From positions 29,264,001 through 29,328,000 of the forward strand of contig OX597833.1 of NCBI GenBank assembly GCA_951406725.2: a stretch of 64,000 nt of DNA, read 5' to 3'. The DNA comes from Octopus vulgaris. Lineage: Eukaryota. How positions within the stretch are numbered: the first letter of the stretch is position 1; each line of letters opens with the position of its first letter. Positions 1 to 13,891 of the stretch are shown here, in pieces. The notes beneath the pieces are model-generated. The model ran no database searches, had not been told where the DNA came from, and was given only the letters and a program-made list of their open reading frames with translations. Both the position numbers and the translations under genes were made by a program.

Positions 1-634
1 TTTTTCTCCCGGACAAACTTATGGCATATGTTCTGTATTGTTGTCATGAAATGTTGGAAATGTGTGTTGGTGTCTTGTGTGGTGATGAAGTCACTCCAGT
101 CATGTTTTCGGATCTCTTCGTTGATCTTCTTCCAGTTTGCCTTATGGAAGTTTAGACTGGATAGGCCTGTGGTATTTTCTAATGGCTGCATCTCAACTAA
201 CTCTCTCATACCATATATCATTACCTCTACTAAGTTGTGATCTGAGAGAATTGTTGGTGTTACCATTATGTTGTGGATTAGCATCGGGTTGCTTGTGAAA
301 CAGAGGTCCAAGACATTCTCACCTCTTGTTGGCCAAAGCACTGCTTGCTCCATGAAAAACTTGCGTGTGAGAGCCAACAAGGACTCTGTCTGTCTCTGTT
401 CAAGTGATGTCATTCCAGGGAGGAGATGGCCATCTGGCCATTTGACTTTCGGAAGGTTAAAATCTCCCAGCAGTAGAATGGTGTTACCCTGGTCCAGTTT
501 GTCCAGGACTTCTTCTATTCTTCTGAGGCTATCTTCAAACACTCCTTCATGACTAGGGGTGTCTGGTGGCCGATATGTGACACATATTACTATTTTCGGT
601 TGTTTCATGTGTACTATCAGTGTGTCACAGACTG
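1..634 (-). mobile_element. CR1/L2-group LINE fragment, APE endonuclease region of ORF2, 5'-truncated at a (TA)n tract and running off the window edge
   Basis: Manual minus-strand translation gives [12 protein letters not shown]...[14 protein letters not shown]...[13 protein letters not shown]...ILSDHNLV...NFHKANW, the APE motifs also seen in ORF 6989..8659. Confidence 0.85.
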
Positions 635-721
<87 letters not shown>

Positions 722-722
722 G

Positions 723-789
<67 letters not shown>

Positions 790-800
790 GTATATATATG

Positions 801-851
<51 letters not shown>

Positions 852-854
852 GTG

Positions 855-943
<89 letters not shown>

Positions 944-952
944 GTATATATA

Positions 953-1336
953 TCTCTCTCTATATAAACGGCAGTTTGTCTGTGCGTGTTTCTGTGTGTC
1001 TGTTTTCTCGTACCCTCACCCTGACCATGGCTTTCAACCGATTCTGATGAAACTTGACACACACATAGCCCAATGTCATAATTCAAAACTAACGCAGCGA
1101 AAATTTTGAAAAGTTCCCCCAGTTCTGAAAAAAATCGATAAATTCGACATGGGGTCGAGAATTAGAAACCCAAACCACAGACCGTCTAGGGGACGCAACT
1201 CTACCTTTTTTAACTCTCAAAAAAATTTACCATCATTTTTTTCCCATTTTTTTGCTATTTTTTGGCTATAACTCTCTAAAAATGCTTTATAGTTATTTCC
1301 CTTACAAACCTGAGCAACGCCGGGCGATACTGCTAG
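953..1336 (+). mobile_element. Non-autonomous Helitron-like element, copy 1
   Basis: Starts A|TC, ends CTAG|T, has a subterminal GC hairpin cctgagcaacgccggg about 11 bp from the 3' end, and no TIRs. Near-identical copy at 28018-28379. Confidence 0.75.
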
Positions 1337-1610
1337 TATATTTATATATATATATGTATATATATATATTTATATATATATATGTATATATATATATGTA
1401 TATATATGTATATATATATATGTATATATATATATGTATATATATGTATATATATATATGTATATATATATATGTATATATATGTATATATATATATGTA
1501 TATATATATGTATATATATATATGTATATATATGTATATATATATATATGTATATATGTATATATATATATGTATATATATATGTATATATATATATGTA
1601 TATATATATG

Positions 1611-1645
<35 letters not shown>

Positions 1646-2031
1646 GTATATATATATATGTATATATATGTATATATATATGTATATATATATATGTATA
1701 TATATATGTATATATATATATGTATATATATATGTATATATATATATGTATATATATATGTATATATATATATGTATATATATATGTATATATATATGTA
1801 TATATATATGTATATAGATATATATATGTATATATATATGTATATAGATATATATATGTATATATATATGTATATATATATATATGTATATATATATGTA
1901 TATATATATATGTATATATATATATGTATATATATATATGTATATATATATGTATATATATATATATGTATATATATGTATATGTATATATATATATGTA
2001 TATATATAATTATCCGTAATAATGAAGGGTG

Positions 2032-2476
2032 AAATTAATTAATTTGGAATAATTATCAATTACACCAAGTAGTCTTCGGCATGTAAAAGCCTCATTCGAG
2101 GAAAATTTAAGTAATACTAAGCAACAAAGGGTTTAGCAACGAATTGCCTTACCACATACCGAATTTAGAAATAGCAGTCAAAGAGTTATAGCTATTTCTT
2201 CTACTAAAAGGGAGATCTCAGTAAAAACAGCAATTGGAAGGCAGACACAAACAGCTGTTTGTGTCTGCCTTCCAATTGCTGTTTTTACTGAGATCTCCTT
2301 TTAGTAGAAGAAATAGCTATAACTCTTTGACTGCTATTTCTAAATTCGGTATGTGGTAAGGCAATTCGTTGCTAAACCCTTTGTTGCTTAGTATTACTTA
2401 AATTTTCCTCGAATGAGGCTTTTACATGCCGAAGACTACTTGGTGTAATTGATAATTATTCCAAATTAATTAATTT
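2032..2476. repeat. 445-bp spacerless inverted repeat (palindrome)
   Basis: Arms 2032-2254 and 2255-2476 are reverse complements centred on aaacag|ctgttt. The only difference I saw is one extra G in the left arm. Confidence 0.95.
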
Positions 2477-2593
2477 ATATGTATATATATATATATGTAT
2501 ATATATGTATATATATATATATGTATATATATGTATATATATGTATATATATATATATGTATATATATGTATATATATGTATATATATATATG

Positions 2594-2774
<181 letters not shown>

Positions 2775-2822
2775 GTATATATATATGTATATATATTATA
2801 TATGTATATATGTATATATGTA

Positions 2823-2873
<51 letters not shown>

Positions 2874-2978
2874 GTATATATATATGTATATGTATATATA
2901 TATGTATATATATATGTATATATGTATATATGTATATATGTATATATGTATATATGTATATATATGTATATGTATATA

Positions 2979-3017
<39 letters not shown>

Positions 3018-3100
3018 TTAGAGACAAAACCACTATTTTGCAAACAAAACAAGGAAAGACTTAATCAATACATAAAAAAATTTTAATATAATGTAAATAA

Positions 3101-3150
3101 ATCGCCACTACAATTGTTTCCTGTCTTCAAATGACATTCATCAGGTGGAT
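3101..3150 (-). ncRNA. Minimal type I hammerhead ribozyme motif (Penelope pLTR type)
   Basis: Minus strand reads ATCCAC-CTGATGA-A-TGTC-ATTTGAA-GACA-G-GAAAC-AATT-GTA-GTGG. It has stem I CCAC/GTGG, core CUGAUGA and GAAA, stem II TGTC/GACA, palindromic stem III ACAATTGT and a GUA cleavage triplet. Confidence 0.8.
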
Positions 3151-3259
3151 TTCATATCTAAAAATATCAATATTATATAATATTTTACTATAAAATTGGA
3201 TTCAATCCTAAATCTGATTTTTCCCTGTAAATTTGGATTTATTCCCTAATATTTATTAT

Positions 3260-3290
<31 letters not shown>

Positions 3291-3543
3291 GTATATATAT
3301 ATATATATATGTATATATATGTATATATATATGTATATATATATCTATATATATATATGTATTTATGTATATATATATATGTATATATGTATATATATAT
3401 CTATATATGTATATATATATCTATATATGTATGTATATATGTATATATATATCTATATATGTATATATATATCTATATATGTATGTACATATGTATATAT
3501 ATATATACATATATATATATGTATATATATATGTATATATGTA

Positions 3544-3586
<43 letters not shown>

Positions 3587-3646
3587 ATGTATATATGTAT
3601 ATATATATATGTATATATGTATATATGTATATATATATATATATAT

Positions 3647-4900
3647 TGTTACGGTTTAGCTGGTGCATTTCCCGGTGACCCACATTGGAATTATGGTTCC
3701 GGCATGTCTAGTAGAAAAGTGACAGCCTTTTGTTTAATGGAGGACTAATGGGTTTTGGAATGACCTGTGACCTTGTGCGGGTGAATTAGGGGTCGCTCTG
3801 GGCACCCCTTGAAGAAGTGAAGAGGAGGACAGATTAAGGGAATCTAAGAGCAGATGGAGAGGGTATTGACAGTAGGAGAGAAGGACAGGCAGAGAGTTTG
3901 GTAGAGCTGTCATGAGAGAGATAGAGTATAAGACTAAGGGACAGATAGAGAGGCTAAGGGACAGTAGGCGATATAGATAGAGTAAGGAATCACATAGTAA
4001 ATAGAAAGACTATAGGTGGTAGAACAGAGGGAGATGAGGGAGTGGAAGTCAGGATAAGGAAGTGAGGTTCTGGGCAGTCGTTGAGCGGTCGTCGAGGAAC
4101 GCAGACGGATCTGGCAGTCGTTGAGCGGTCGTCGAAGAACACAGACGGACCTTGCGGTCGCTGGCCGGTCCTCGAAGAAGACAGACGGACCTTGGATTTA
4201 GGGAGCAAGCGTTGGAATTCTTAGGAGCAAGTTGGATGCGAGAAAGCTTGGCGGCACAGAAGGGAATTAGCAGTATTCAGAGGAATTAGCAGTATTGAGA
4301 GGAATGGGACACTGGCAGATTCAATTAGGAATTGAGGTATGTGTTTGTGCATTGATACGTGTCACGATGTAAAAGAAAAGAAGAGAAAGAAGAGAGAAAA
4401 AGAAGGACTCTGTCGATGTAGTCGATAAAGAACATTGTGAATTGAGTAAAGGACTTGTTGAATTGTAACGTGAATTGTTGTGATACGAACATTGTATAAT
4501 GTATCGAAGTGTTCTGATTGGACTGTGACGTATCGTGAACATTATTTGATCTGAACTTGTTGTGTCGTTACTGAACACTGTTATATTGTTACATGCATGT
4601 TGTTAAATGCTTTGATCTGTGGTATACCGTAAGATGTATTGATTTGTTGTTTGCCTTAAATGTATTTGATGTGTAGCAATTGTAATTGTCGTATAAACTG
4701 TTGTTTGAATATAAGCCAGTGTTGCCAGTTGTTGCCTTGCCTCTTTGGGTTGTGTCTCGGGTTGTGCCTCTGTATCTCTGTGCTGAGGTTGTGGTTGTTG
4801 TATCTCCTCTCCTCTCCGACGAGTTTCCGTAGCTTATTCGCTGATCGAATCGGGCCTGTCTGAGGGATTCCGTACAGTTTTCGGAGGTCCCCTCGTAACA
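3647..4900. mobile_element. Solo LTR, probably Gypsy-type
   Basis: TG...CA ends with 7-bp terminal inverted repeat TGTTACG/CGTAACA. Flanked by ATAT on both sides (weak TSD evidence inside a TA tract). Internal ~40-bp imperfect tandem repeats at 4072-4195. Confidence 0.75.
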
Positions 4901-4949
4901 ATATATATATATATGTATGTATATATGTATATATATATGTATATATGTA

Positions 4950-4990
<41 letters not shown>

Positions 4991-4992
<2 letters not shown>

Positions 4993-5056
4993 TTTGATAC
5001 TTTGATACTTTGATAGGTTTCGGCCATTATTGGCCCAGGCCATGTCTAACTTAATA
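4991..5056 (-). mobile_element. Isolated ~65-bp 3' terminus of the adjacent LINE
   Basis: Matches 5534-5599, including the (ATCAAAGT)n tail and GGCCAATAATGGCC hairpin. Confidence 0.85.
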
Positions 5057-5128
5057 TATATATATGTATATATACATATATATATATGTATGTATATATG
5101 TATATATATGTATATATGTATATATGTA

Positions 5129-5213
<85 letters not shown>

Positions 5214-5384
5214 ATATATAAATATATGTATATATATATATATATGTATATATGTATATATATGTATATATGTATATATATAAATATATGTATATATGTA
5301 TATATATATATTTATATATGTATATATATATATTTATATATGTATATATATATGTATATGTATATATATATATGTATATATGTA

Positions 5385-5421
<37 letters not shown>

Positions 5422-5624
5422 GTATATATGTATATATATATATGTATATATGTATATATGTATATATATATATATGTATATATGTATATATATATATATA
5501 TGTATGTATATATGTATATATATATATGTATGTACTTTGATACTTTGATACTTTGATAGGTTTCGGCCATTATTGGCCCAGGCCATGTCTAACTTAATAG
5601 CACCACCTGGTGAAGTCTTTCAAG

Positions 5625-7085
5625 TCAGAATTTGGGCACTATGGCCCACTCAAGTAGAGAGTTATTGTTTACAGAGACATATCCGGGTGTAGGGGGTTTA
5701 TCCGGGATTTCTTGAAGGAATCTGTCCAAAGACTTCTTGAACCCTATAGGGTCAGTTTCTGTTTTAATGTGTTTTGGTGTAATGTTAAAGAGAGCGGGGC
5801 CAATTGAGGTGAAATAATTGTGCCGTATTGTTGTTATGAGATGAGAGTGCGATTTTTGTTTTGGGCGGATGGCACGGGGCCCAAGCCTTGGATGTACCTT
5901 AAAGGTGATGCCAACATCATTTGGGCAATGCTGATGGAATATTTTCCACATCATGCAGATGATGTAGCGCTCACGACGACGTTGGAGAGAATAGAGTTTT
6001 AGCTTTTCTAGTCGACCCCAATAGTCGAGGCCTGTCATGCCATCTATCTTTTTTGTGATTGCCCTTTGAGGTGCTTCGACTTTTTTGATACCTTGTATTG
6101 TGTGGGGAGACCACAGTGGACAACAGTATTCAAGGTGGGGTCGGGCAAAAGTGGAGAAGAGAAGGATAATGGTGTGGATATCTCTCGACTGGAAAGTTCT
6201 GAGAATCCAGGAACACATTCTGCGGGCCATGTCAACTTTGGTGTTTATATGAGTGGCCCAGCTTACGTTGTTGTCCACAATTACTCCCAAGTCTCTGATG
6301 TTGTTGGACGCCGCGAGAGTTTCACCTGAAGGAAGGGAGTATGGGAGTTTCAGGGCATCCTCTTTTCCAAAGTGGATTAGCTCAAATTTATCCTCGTTCA
6401 GCAGCATATTGTTTTTTTCTGCCCATTGGATAACAGCCAGTAGATCTGACTGAAGGCATGTCCGGTCACTCGCCTCATTTATGACCTTCTGTATCTTGGA
6501 GTCATCTGCAAAGATTTTTATGTTGCTGTGCTTGATGATGTCATTAATGTCATTAATGTAAATGATGAAAAGAAGTGGGCCCAGCACAGTGCCTTGCGGA
6601 ACGCCACTACTGACTTTGGCTGGGCTTGATTTTACCCCTTCAACTACAACATGTTGAGATCTGTCTGTCAGGAAACACTTAATCCATTTCAGTAACTTTC
6701 CAGAGACACCAATGTTGGATAGTTTTTTCAATAGGATCTTGTGATCGACCCTGTCGAAGGCCTTACTGAAATCAAGGTAGATGACATCGGTGTTGGAGCC
6801 CTCTCCCAAAGCTCTCAAAATGTCCTCAAAGTGATGCAGGAGCTGCGTTAGGCAGTCCCTTCCATTACGGAACCCATGTTGGTTGGAGATCAGCCGTCTG
6901 TTGCTTTCCAGAAATTGGGTTATTTGAGATCTCACCACCCTCTCAAATACCCTGATGATATGAGAGGTGAGTGAGATCGGGCGGTAATTCACTGCAAGGG
7001 ACTTGTTTCCCTTTTTGAAAACTGGGACAACAGACTGGGACAGAAGGTTTTTGGAATATAGCCAGCATCCAGTGAGTTTCTCCAC
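5625..7085 (-). CDS. LINE ORF2 reverse transcriptase portion
   Basis: Motifs [56 protein letters not shown]. Confidence 0.95.
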   Translation of the reverse strand: MEKLTGCWLYSKNLLSQSVVPVFKKGNKSLAVNYRPISLTSHIIRVFERVVRSQITQFLESNRRLISNQHGFRNGRDCLTQLLHHFEDILRALGEGSNTDVIYLDFSKAFDRVDHKILLKKLSNIGVSGKLLKWIKCFLTDRSQHVVVEGVKSSPAKVSSGVPQGTVLGPLLFIIYINDINDIIKHSNIKIFADDSKIQKVINEASDRTCLQSDLLAVIQWAEKNNMLLNEDKFELIHFGKEDALKLPYSLPSGETLAASNNIRDLGVIVDNNVSWATHINTKVDMARRMCSWILRTFQSRDIHTIILLFSTFARPHLEYCCPLWSPHTIQGIKKVEAPQRAITKKIDGMTGLDYWGRLEKLKLYSLQRRRERYIICMMWKIFHQHCPNDVGITFKVHPRLGPRAIRPKQKSHSHLITTIRHNYFTSIGPALFNITPKHIKTETDPIGFKKSLDRFLQEIPDKPPTPGYVSVNNNSLLEWAIVPKF

Positions 7086-8659
7086 AGATTAGCAAGGGGA
7101 GATGCAAGTTGGTGTCGACACACCTTCAGGACACAAGCAGGGAACCTATCGGGGCCTACTGCTGAATTGTGTTTTATTTCGTTTATCGCCGCTAAGACAT
7201 CAGGGGCACTAAACGTTATGTCCGATATAGTGTGTTGGGGGTTGACATCACTGATACAGCCCAGATCGGCCATATCAGGATTGCTGAAAACAGAGCAGTA
7301 TTGTTTCTGCAGTATCTCGGCCATGGATTTGGCATTATCTTGGAGAGTGCCAGTTTCGTCAATTAGAGGGCCTACAGTGGAGACAGTGACCCTGCGTTTC
7401 CTCGCAAATGAAAAGAACACTTTGGGGTTGAGTTTGATTTTTTCAATGGCCCACTTCTCCTCAGCTGATCTTTGGTTATTGATGAGGGACTTCATGCATT
7501 GTTGGAGGTTATATTTTTTGGATTCAAGCAGTGCGATAGCCGTCGAATGTGTGTGTTGCTGTTGGCAGTACTTTAGTTTGTTAATTTTTTTGTTTGTTCT
7601 TTTTATTTTTCTGATAATGGTTTTTCTGTTTTGGGGGATTCTGCACTTTTTGTTCACAGGTCTTGGTGGGGAGTGTTTTGCACATATGTCTGTGACGGTG
7701 TCTACAAAGATCTGCCAAGATGTTTTATGGTTGGTGGAGATGTGTGTATGTGTAAAGGACCAGTCAACATTTGATAGCTCGTTCCTGATTGCATCCCAGT
7801 TGGCTTTATGGAGATCCATGTTGTCAAATGGGTGGGCTGGAGGAAGGTCACTAGGATTAGCTTTCGGCTGGTGGAATTTCATGTTACAGAGAACCATGTC
7901 ATGGTCTGAAAGAAGGGTTTTTTCCACTGTAACGTTATGTATAGTGTTAGTGTGGTTACTAAACACTAGGTCCAAAATGTTCTGATGTCTTGTTGGTGCA
8001 AGGACAAGTTGGGACAAGAAAAACTCATTCGTAAAGTCGAAAAGTGACTCTGCTGCTTCTTTGTCAGCGGTTGAGGTGGGAGTGCTTGGTTTCAAACAGT
8101 TTGTAGTCCAGTCAACACAGGGTAGATTGAAGTCTCCCATCATGAGTATGTTGCTAGAATGGCACTGTTGAATAAAGCACTTAATGCTGTTGAGGCATTC
8201 TTTAAAGCACAGTATGGGTGTTTGGGGCGGCCTATAGAGCCCAATTACTGTCAGATCATTGGCTTTGTTGTGCACGGTGACTGATTCACAGTAGCCGTTG
8301 GAGAATATACTATTTCCATCTGCCGTAAATGAATCATGCAGGAAAATGGCAGTTCCACCCTTCCTCCTGCCGATACGATCCGCGCGGATGGTTGTGAAAT
8401 TCTTCACTCTCACTTCGGCTTCCAAGTGGGAGTTGTCAAGGTGGGTCTCAGTGAGAATGAAGAAAGGGATGTGGTGTGAATGGTTACCAACCCAGTCTTC
8501 AATGAATTGGACCTTCCATTTTTGTGCATTGATGGAAGGGCTGACACCTTGTGCATTGAGTAGGAATGTGGAGGTTAGTGTAGTGGCTGGTTTTGACTGT
8601 TGCAGGGGGCTTGGATTTTTTGTGTGTGTTAGTGGCAGCAATGTGGGGAATTGGTGCAC
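6989..8659 (-). CDS. LINE ORF2 APE endonuclease and linker portion, joined to the RT by a 1-nt frameshift near 7048-7052
   Basis: Motifs [46 protein letters not shown]. Confidence 0.93.
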   Translation of the reverse strand: MHQFPTLLPLTHTKNPSPLQQSKPATTLTSTFLLNAQGVSPSINAQKWKVQFIEDWVGNHSHHIPFFILTETHLDNSHLEAEVRVKNFTTIRADRIGRRKGGTAIFLHDSFTADGNSIFSNGYCESVTVHNKANDLTVIGLYRPPQTPILCFKECLNSIKCFIQQCHSSNILMMGDFNLPCVDWTTNCLKPSTPTSTADKEAAESLFDFTNEFFLSQLVLAPTRHQNILDLVFSNHTNTIHNVTVEKTLLSDHDMVLCNMKFHQPKANPSDLPPAHPFDNMDLHKANWDAIRNELSNVDWSFTHTHISTNHKTSWQIFVDTVTDICAKHSPPRPVNKKCRIPQNRKTIIRKIKRTNKKINKLKYCQQQHTHSTAIALLESKKYNLQQCMKSLINNQRSAEEKWAIEKIKLNPKVFFSFARKRRVTVSTVGPLIDETGTLQDNAKSMAEILQKQYCSVFSNPDMADLGCISDVNPQHTISDITFSAPDVLAAINEIKHNSAVGPDRFPACVLKVCRHQLASPLANLWRNSLDAGYIPKTFCPSLLSQFSKRETSPLQ

Positions 8660-8755
8660 TGGGGTAATAGCATAGGATGGTGTTGAGTGATGGCTAGAAT
8701 GTTTTTGTGTATCTCTTTTGCCATGTTCAACATGGCTAAAAAAGAATTTTCCTGC

Positions 8756-9309
8756 TTAGGGAGCAGTTTTTGGCTGGAGGTGTGGTTGCACTGTTGGATA
8801 GGGTTGTAGTTTCCACTTTTGTTGTTGTTGTTTTTGTGTCTTCCTGAAAAGACTGGACCAGCATTACTGCAGCATGGTGTGTTTCTATTTTTATTGTTAT
8901 TCAGGTTTGTGTGTTGGCTTGAGGCCCCGTTTCTGTTTGTGCGTCGGGTCCCTGGAAGATGAGTGAAGGGACAGTCACTCAGTAGACATGTTCTCTCACG
9001 TTGGGAATACCGGCAGATTTTGGGACTCCGAGTTGTGTGTGTTTTGAATTTCGATTTACTATTTGGTGGTGTTGATGTTATTGTGGGATGCGTGCTTTGG
9101 CCTTGGCCAGTAGTGCGTCTAGTGCCGGGTAGATGCGTGAAGATGCAGTCACTATTTGTGCAGAGTCTCTGGCGCAGTGAATAGCGGCATATTTGGGGAT
9201 TTCTTGTTTGTGCCGTGGGGGGCGCATTCTGCTTCCTATGTTTCTTTAAGTTTTTGTTACTGCAGTAGTATTGAGGTGGTGATGTGGGGGAAGAGGGCAG
9301 TGGTTTCTT
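8756..9309 (-). pseudogene. LINE ORF1 C-terminal remnant with two CCCH zinc fingers
   Basis: Open frame (no start codon) to TAA at 8758-8756, encoding [26 protein letters not shown] and [26 protein letters not shown] (C-x8-C-x4-C-x3-H). Confidence 0.75.
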
Positions 9310-9681
9310 ATGTATGTATATATGTATATATATATATGTTTGTATATATATGTATATATATGTGTATATATGTACATATATGTATATATGTATATATATG
9401 TATATATGTATGTATATATATATATGTATGTATATATGTATATATATATGTATGTATATATATATATATATGTATGTATATATGTATATATATATATATG
9501 TATGTATATATGTATATATATATGTATGTATATATGTATATATATGTATATATATGTATATATGTATGTATATATGTATATATATGTATATATATGTATA
9601 TATGTATGTATGTATATATATATATATGTATGTATGTATGTATATATATATATATGTATGTATATATATATATATATATTG

Positions 9682-9720
<39 letters not shown>

Positions 9721-10360
9721 ATATGTATATATATATATATGTATATATGTATGTATGTATGTATATATATGTATGTATGTATATATGTATATATGTATGT
9801 ATATATGTATATATATATGTATATATGTATGTATGTATGTATATATGTATGTATGTATGTATATATGTATATATGTATGTATATATGTATATATATATAT
9901 ATATATGTATGTATATATGTATATATATATGTATGTATGTATATATGTATATATATATATATATATGTATGTATATATGTATATATATATGTATATATGT
10001 ATATATATATGTATATATATATATATGTATGTATATATGTATATATATATGTATATATATATATGTATGTATATATGTATATATATGTATAGATGTATAT
10101 ATATGTATGTATATATGTATATATATATATATATATATGTATTTATACTATATTCATTTATATAAATGAATATTTTCCATATAAATGAATATTTTCAAAG
10201 AGGAAGAATTTACGGATTTTTTCTCTTACGAGGTTTTTCACGCTGACTACTGACAATTTCTTTTAAAGATTTTATCCTCAATTGTTAATTTATATATATA
10301 TGTATGTATATATGTATATATATATATATATGTATGTATGTATATATGTATATATATATA

Positions 10361-10605
10361 TCATCATCATAATCATCATCGTTTAACGTCCGTTTTCCGC
10401 GCTAGCACGGGTTGGACGGTTTCGACCGGGGTCTGGGGAGCTAGGGACTGCCCCAGGCTCCAGTCTAGTCTGGCAGTGTTTCTACAGCTGGATGCCCTTC
10501 CTAACGCCAACCACTCCGCGAGTGTAGTGGGTGTTTTTTACATGCCACCTGCACAGGTGCCAGAGGGGTCTGGCATCGGCCACGTTCGGATGGTGCTTTT
10601 TATGT
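10361..10605 (-). mobile_element. RTE-associated short repeat/SINE with (GAT)n tail
   Basis: catcatcatcgtttaacgtcc...ctggatgcccttcctaacgccaacc. Related copies near 36363, 39690, 49803, 52735, 53575, 56500 and 63170. Confidence 0.7.
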
Positions 10606-10852
10606 GGGGGGGGCAGAAATATAGGGGAGCACCAGTGGGGAGGGGTGGTTCAGAGAAATGATGACAGGTTCTAGGCAAGTAGAACGTAGGATATCAAGAG
10701 AGGGGTAATGCATGGTGAAATAGCGTATTGAAGAGGGGGGTTCAAGAGTAGACACCTATAATGGTGGTGGGAGAAGCGACATCCGGTATAGATGGAGCAA
10801 AAATATAGAGATATCCGGTATTGGTGGTGGGGGTGGGCAAGGGCGGGTGCAC

Positions 10853-11878
<1,026 letters not shown>

Positions 11879-12078
11879 TTATATACATATATATATATAT
11901 ATATACATATTTATATATATATTTATATATATATACATATTTATATATATATTTATATATATATACATATTTATATATATATTTATATATATATACATAT
12001 TTATATATATATTTATATATATATACATATTTATATATATATTTATATATATATACATATTTATATATATATTTATAT

Positions 12079-12116
<38 letters not shown>

Positions 12117-12550
12117 CATATATATATATATATATACATATTTATATATATATTTATATACATATATATATATACATATTTATATATATATATATATTTA
12201 TATACATATATATATATATACATATTTATATATATATTTATATATATACATATTTATATATATATATATATTTTTATATACATATATATATATACATATT
12301 TATATATATATTTATATATATATATATACATATTTATATATATATTTATATACATATATATATATATTTATATACATATATATATATATATTTATATACA
12401 TATATATATATATATACATATTTATATATATATTTATATATATATACATATTTATATATATATTTATATATATATACATATTTATATATATATTTATATA
12501 TATATACATATTTATATATATATTTATATATATATACATATTTATATATA

Positions 12551-12614
<64 letters not shown>

Positions 12615-12839
12615 CATATTTATATATATATTTATATACATATATATATATATATACATATTTATATATATATATATATTATATACATATATATATATAT
12701 ACATATTTATATATATTTATATATATATATATATACATATTTATATATATATTTATATACATATATATATATATATTTATATACATATATATATATATTT
12801 ATATACATATATATATATATACATATTTATATATATAAT

Positions 12840-12879
<40 letters not shown>

Positions 12880-12881
12880 AA

Positions 12882-13113
<232 letters not shown>

Positions 13114-13114
13114 T

Positions 13115-13221
<107 letters not shown>

Positions 13222-13398
13222 ATGTATGTATATATGTATGTATATGTATGTATATATGTATGTATATGTATGTATATATGTATATATATATATATATGTA
13301 TGTATATATATATATGTATATATACTTCCTGAGCATCCAATAATACTTTATTTGTTCCACATCCTCGCGTTGTTGTCTTTTTGTTTTCTTGTTTGGAT

Positions 13399-13431
<33 letters not shown>

Positions 13432-13466
13432 GTATATATGTATATACGTATATATGTGTGAATATG

Positions 13467-13510
<44 letters not shown>

Positions 13511-13800
13511 TACCATATTTTGTTACTTCCATTTCACTACATACTCAATTCAAATTTTGTCAACATCAGTAACTTTTCCCTTCATGACTTAAAGTTTTGA
13601 TAAATTAAGGGAATGTCCCCTTGGCTCATTGATTCAGTCAACTGTATTCAAATCATGTGGCCTTGCACTAATGTAAGACTCTTATCATCATTTTTACAGT
13701 CATTGTACAGTTTCACTAAGGAGTTTCATCTTTCTTGTCATTGCAATTAACACAGAAATTTTAATGCTATTTTGACAGAAGATTTAACTTTATATTGCAG

Positions 13801-13891
13801 AGAGCAAAATAAAAGATTGCGGGAAGCCTTCCAACAGTTGCTTGAAGATTATAAAGGACTCTTGGAACTTAACAGCCAACTGCAACCAATT
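13801..13891 (+). CDS. NEMO/optineurin-like gene, internal coding exon A (coiled coil)
   Basis: ttgcag acceptor and gtaaga donor. Encodes EQNKRLREAFQQLLEDYKGLLELNSQLQPI and ends in phase 0, compatible with the next exon. Confidence 0.75.

Larger units (their letters stand above)
5534..9309 (-). mobile_element. Young CR1/L2-group LINE, 5'-truncated in ORF1, embedded in (TA)n
   Basis: Contains an ORF1 remnant, APE + RT ORF2, a short 3' UTR and an 8-bp tandem tail (ATCAAAGT)x3. Confidence 0.92.

Noticed and set aside
7167-7985. 272-aa plus-strand ORF
   Set aside because: Antisense shadow of LINE ORF2.
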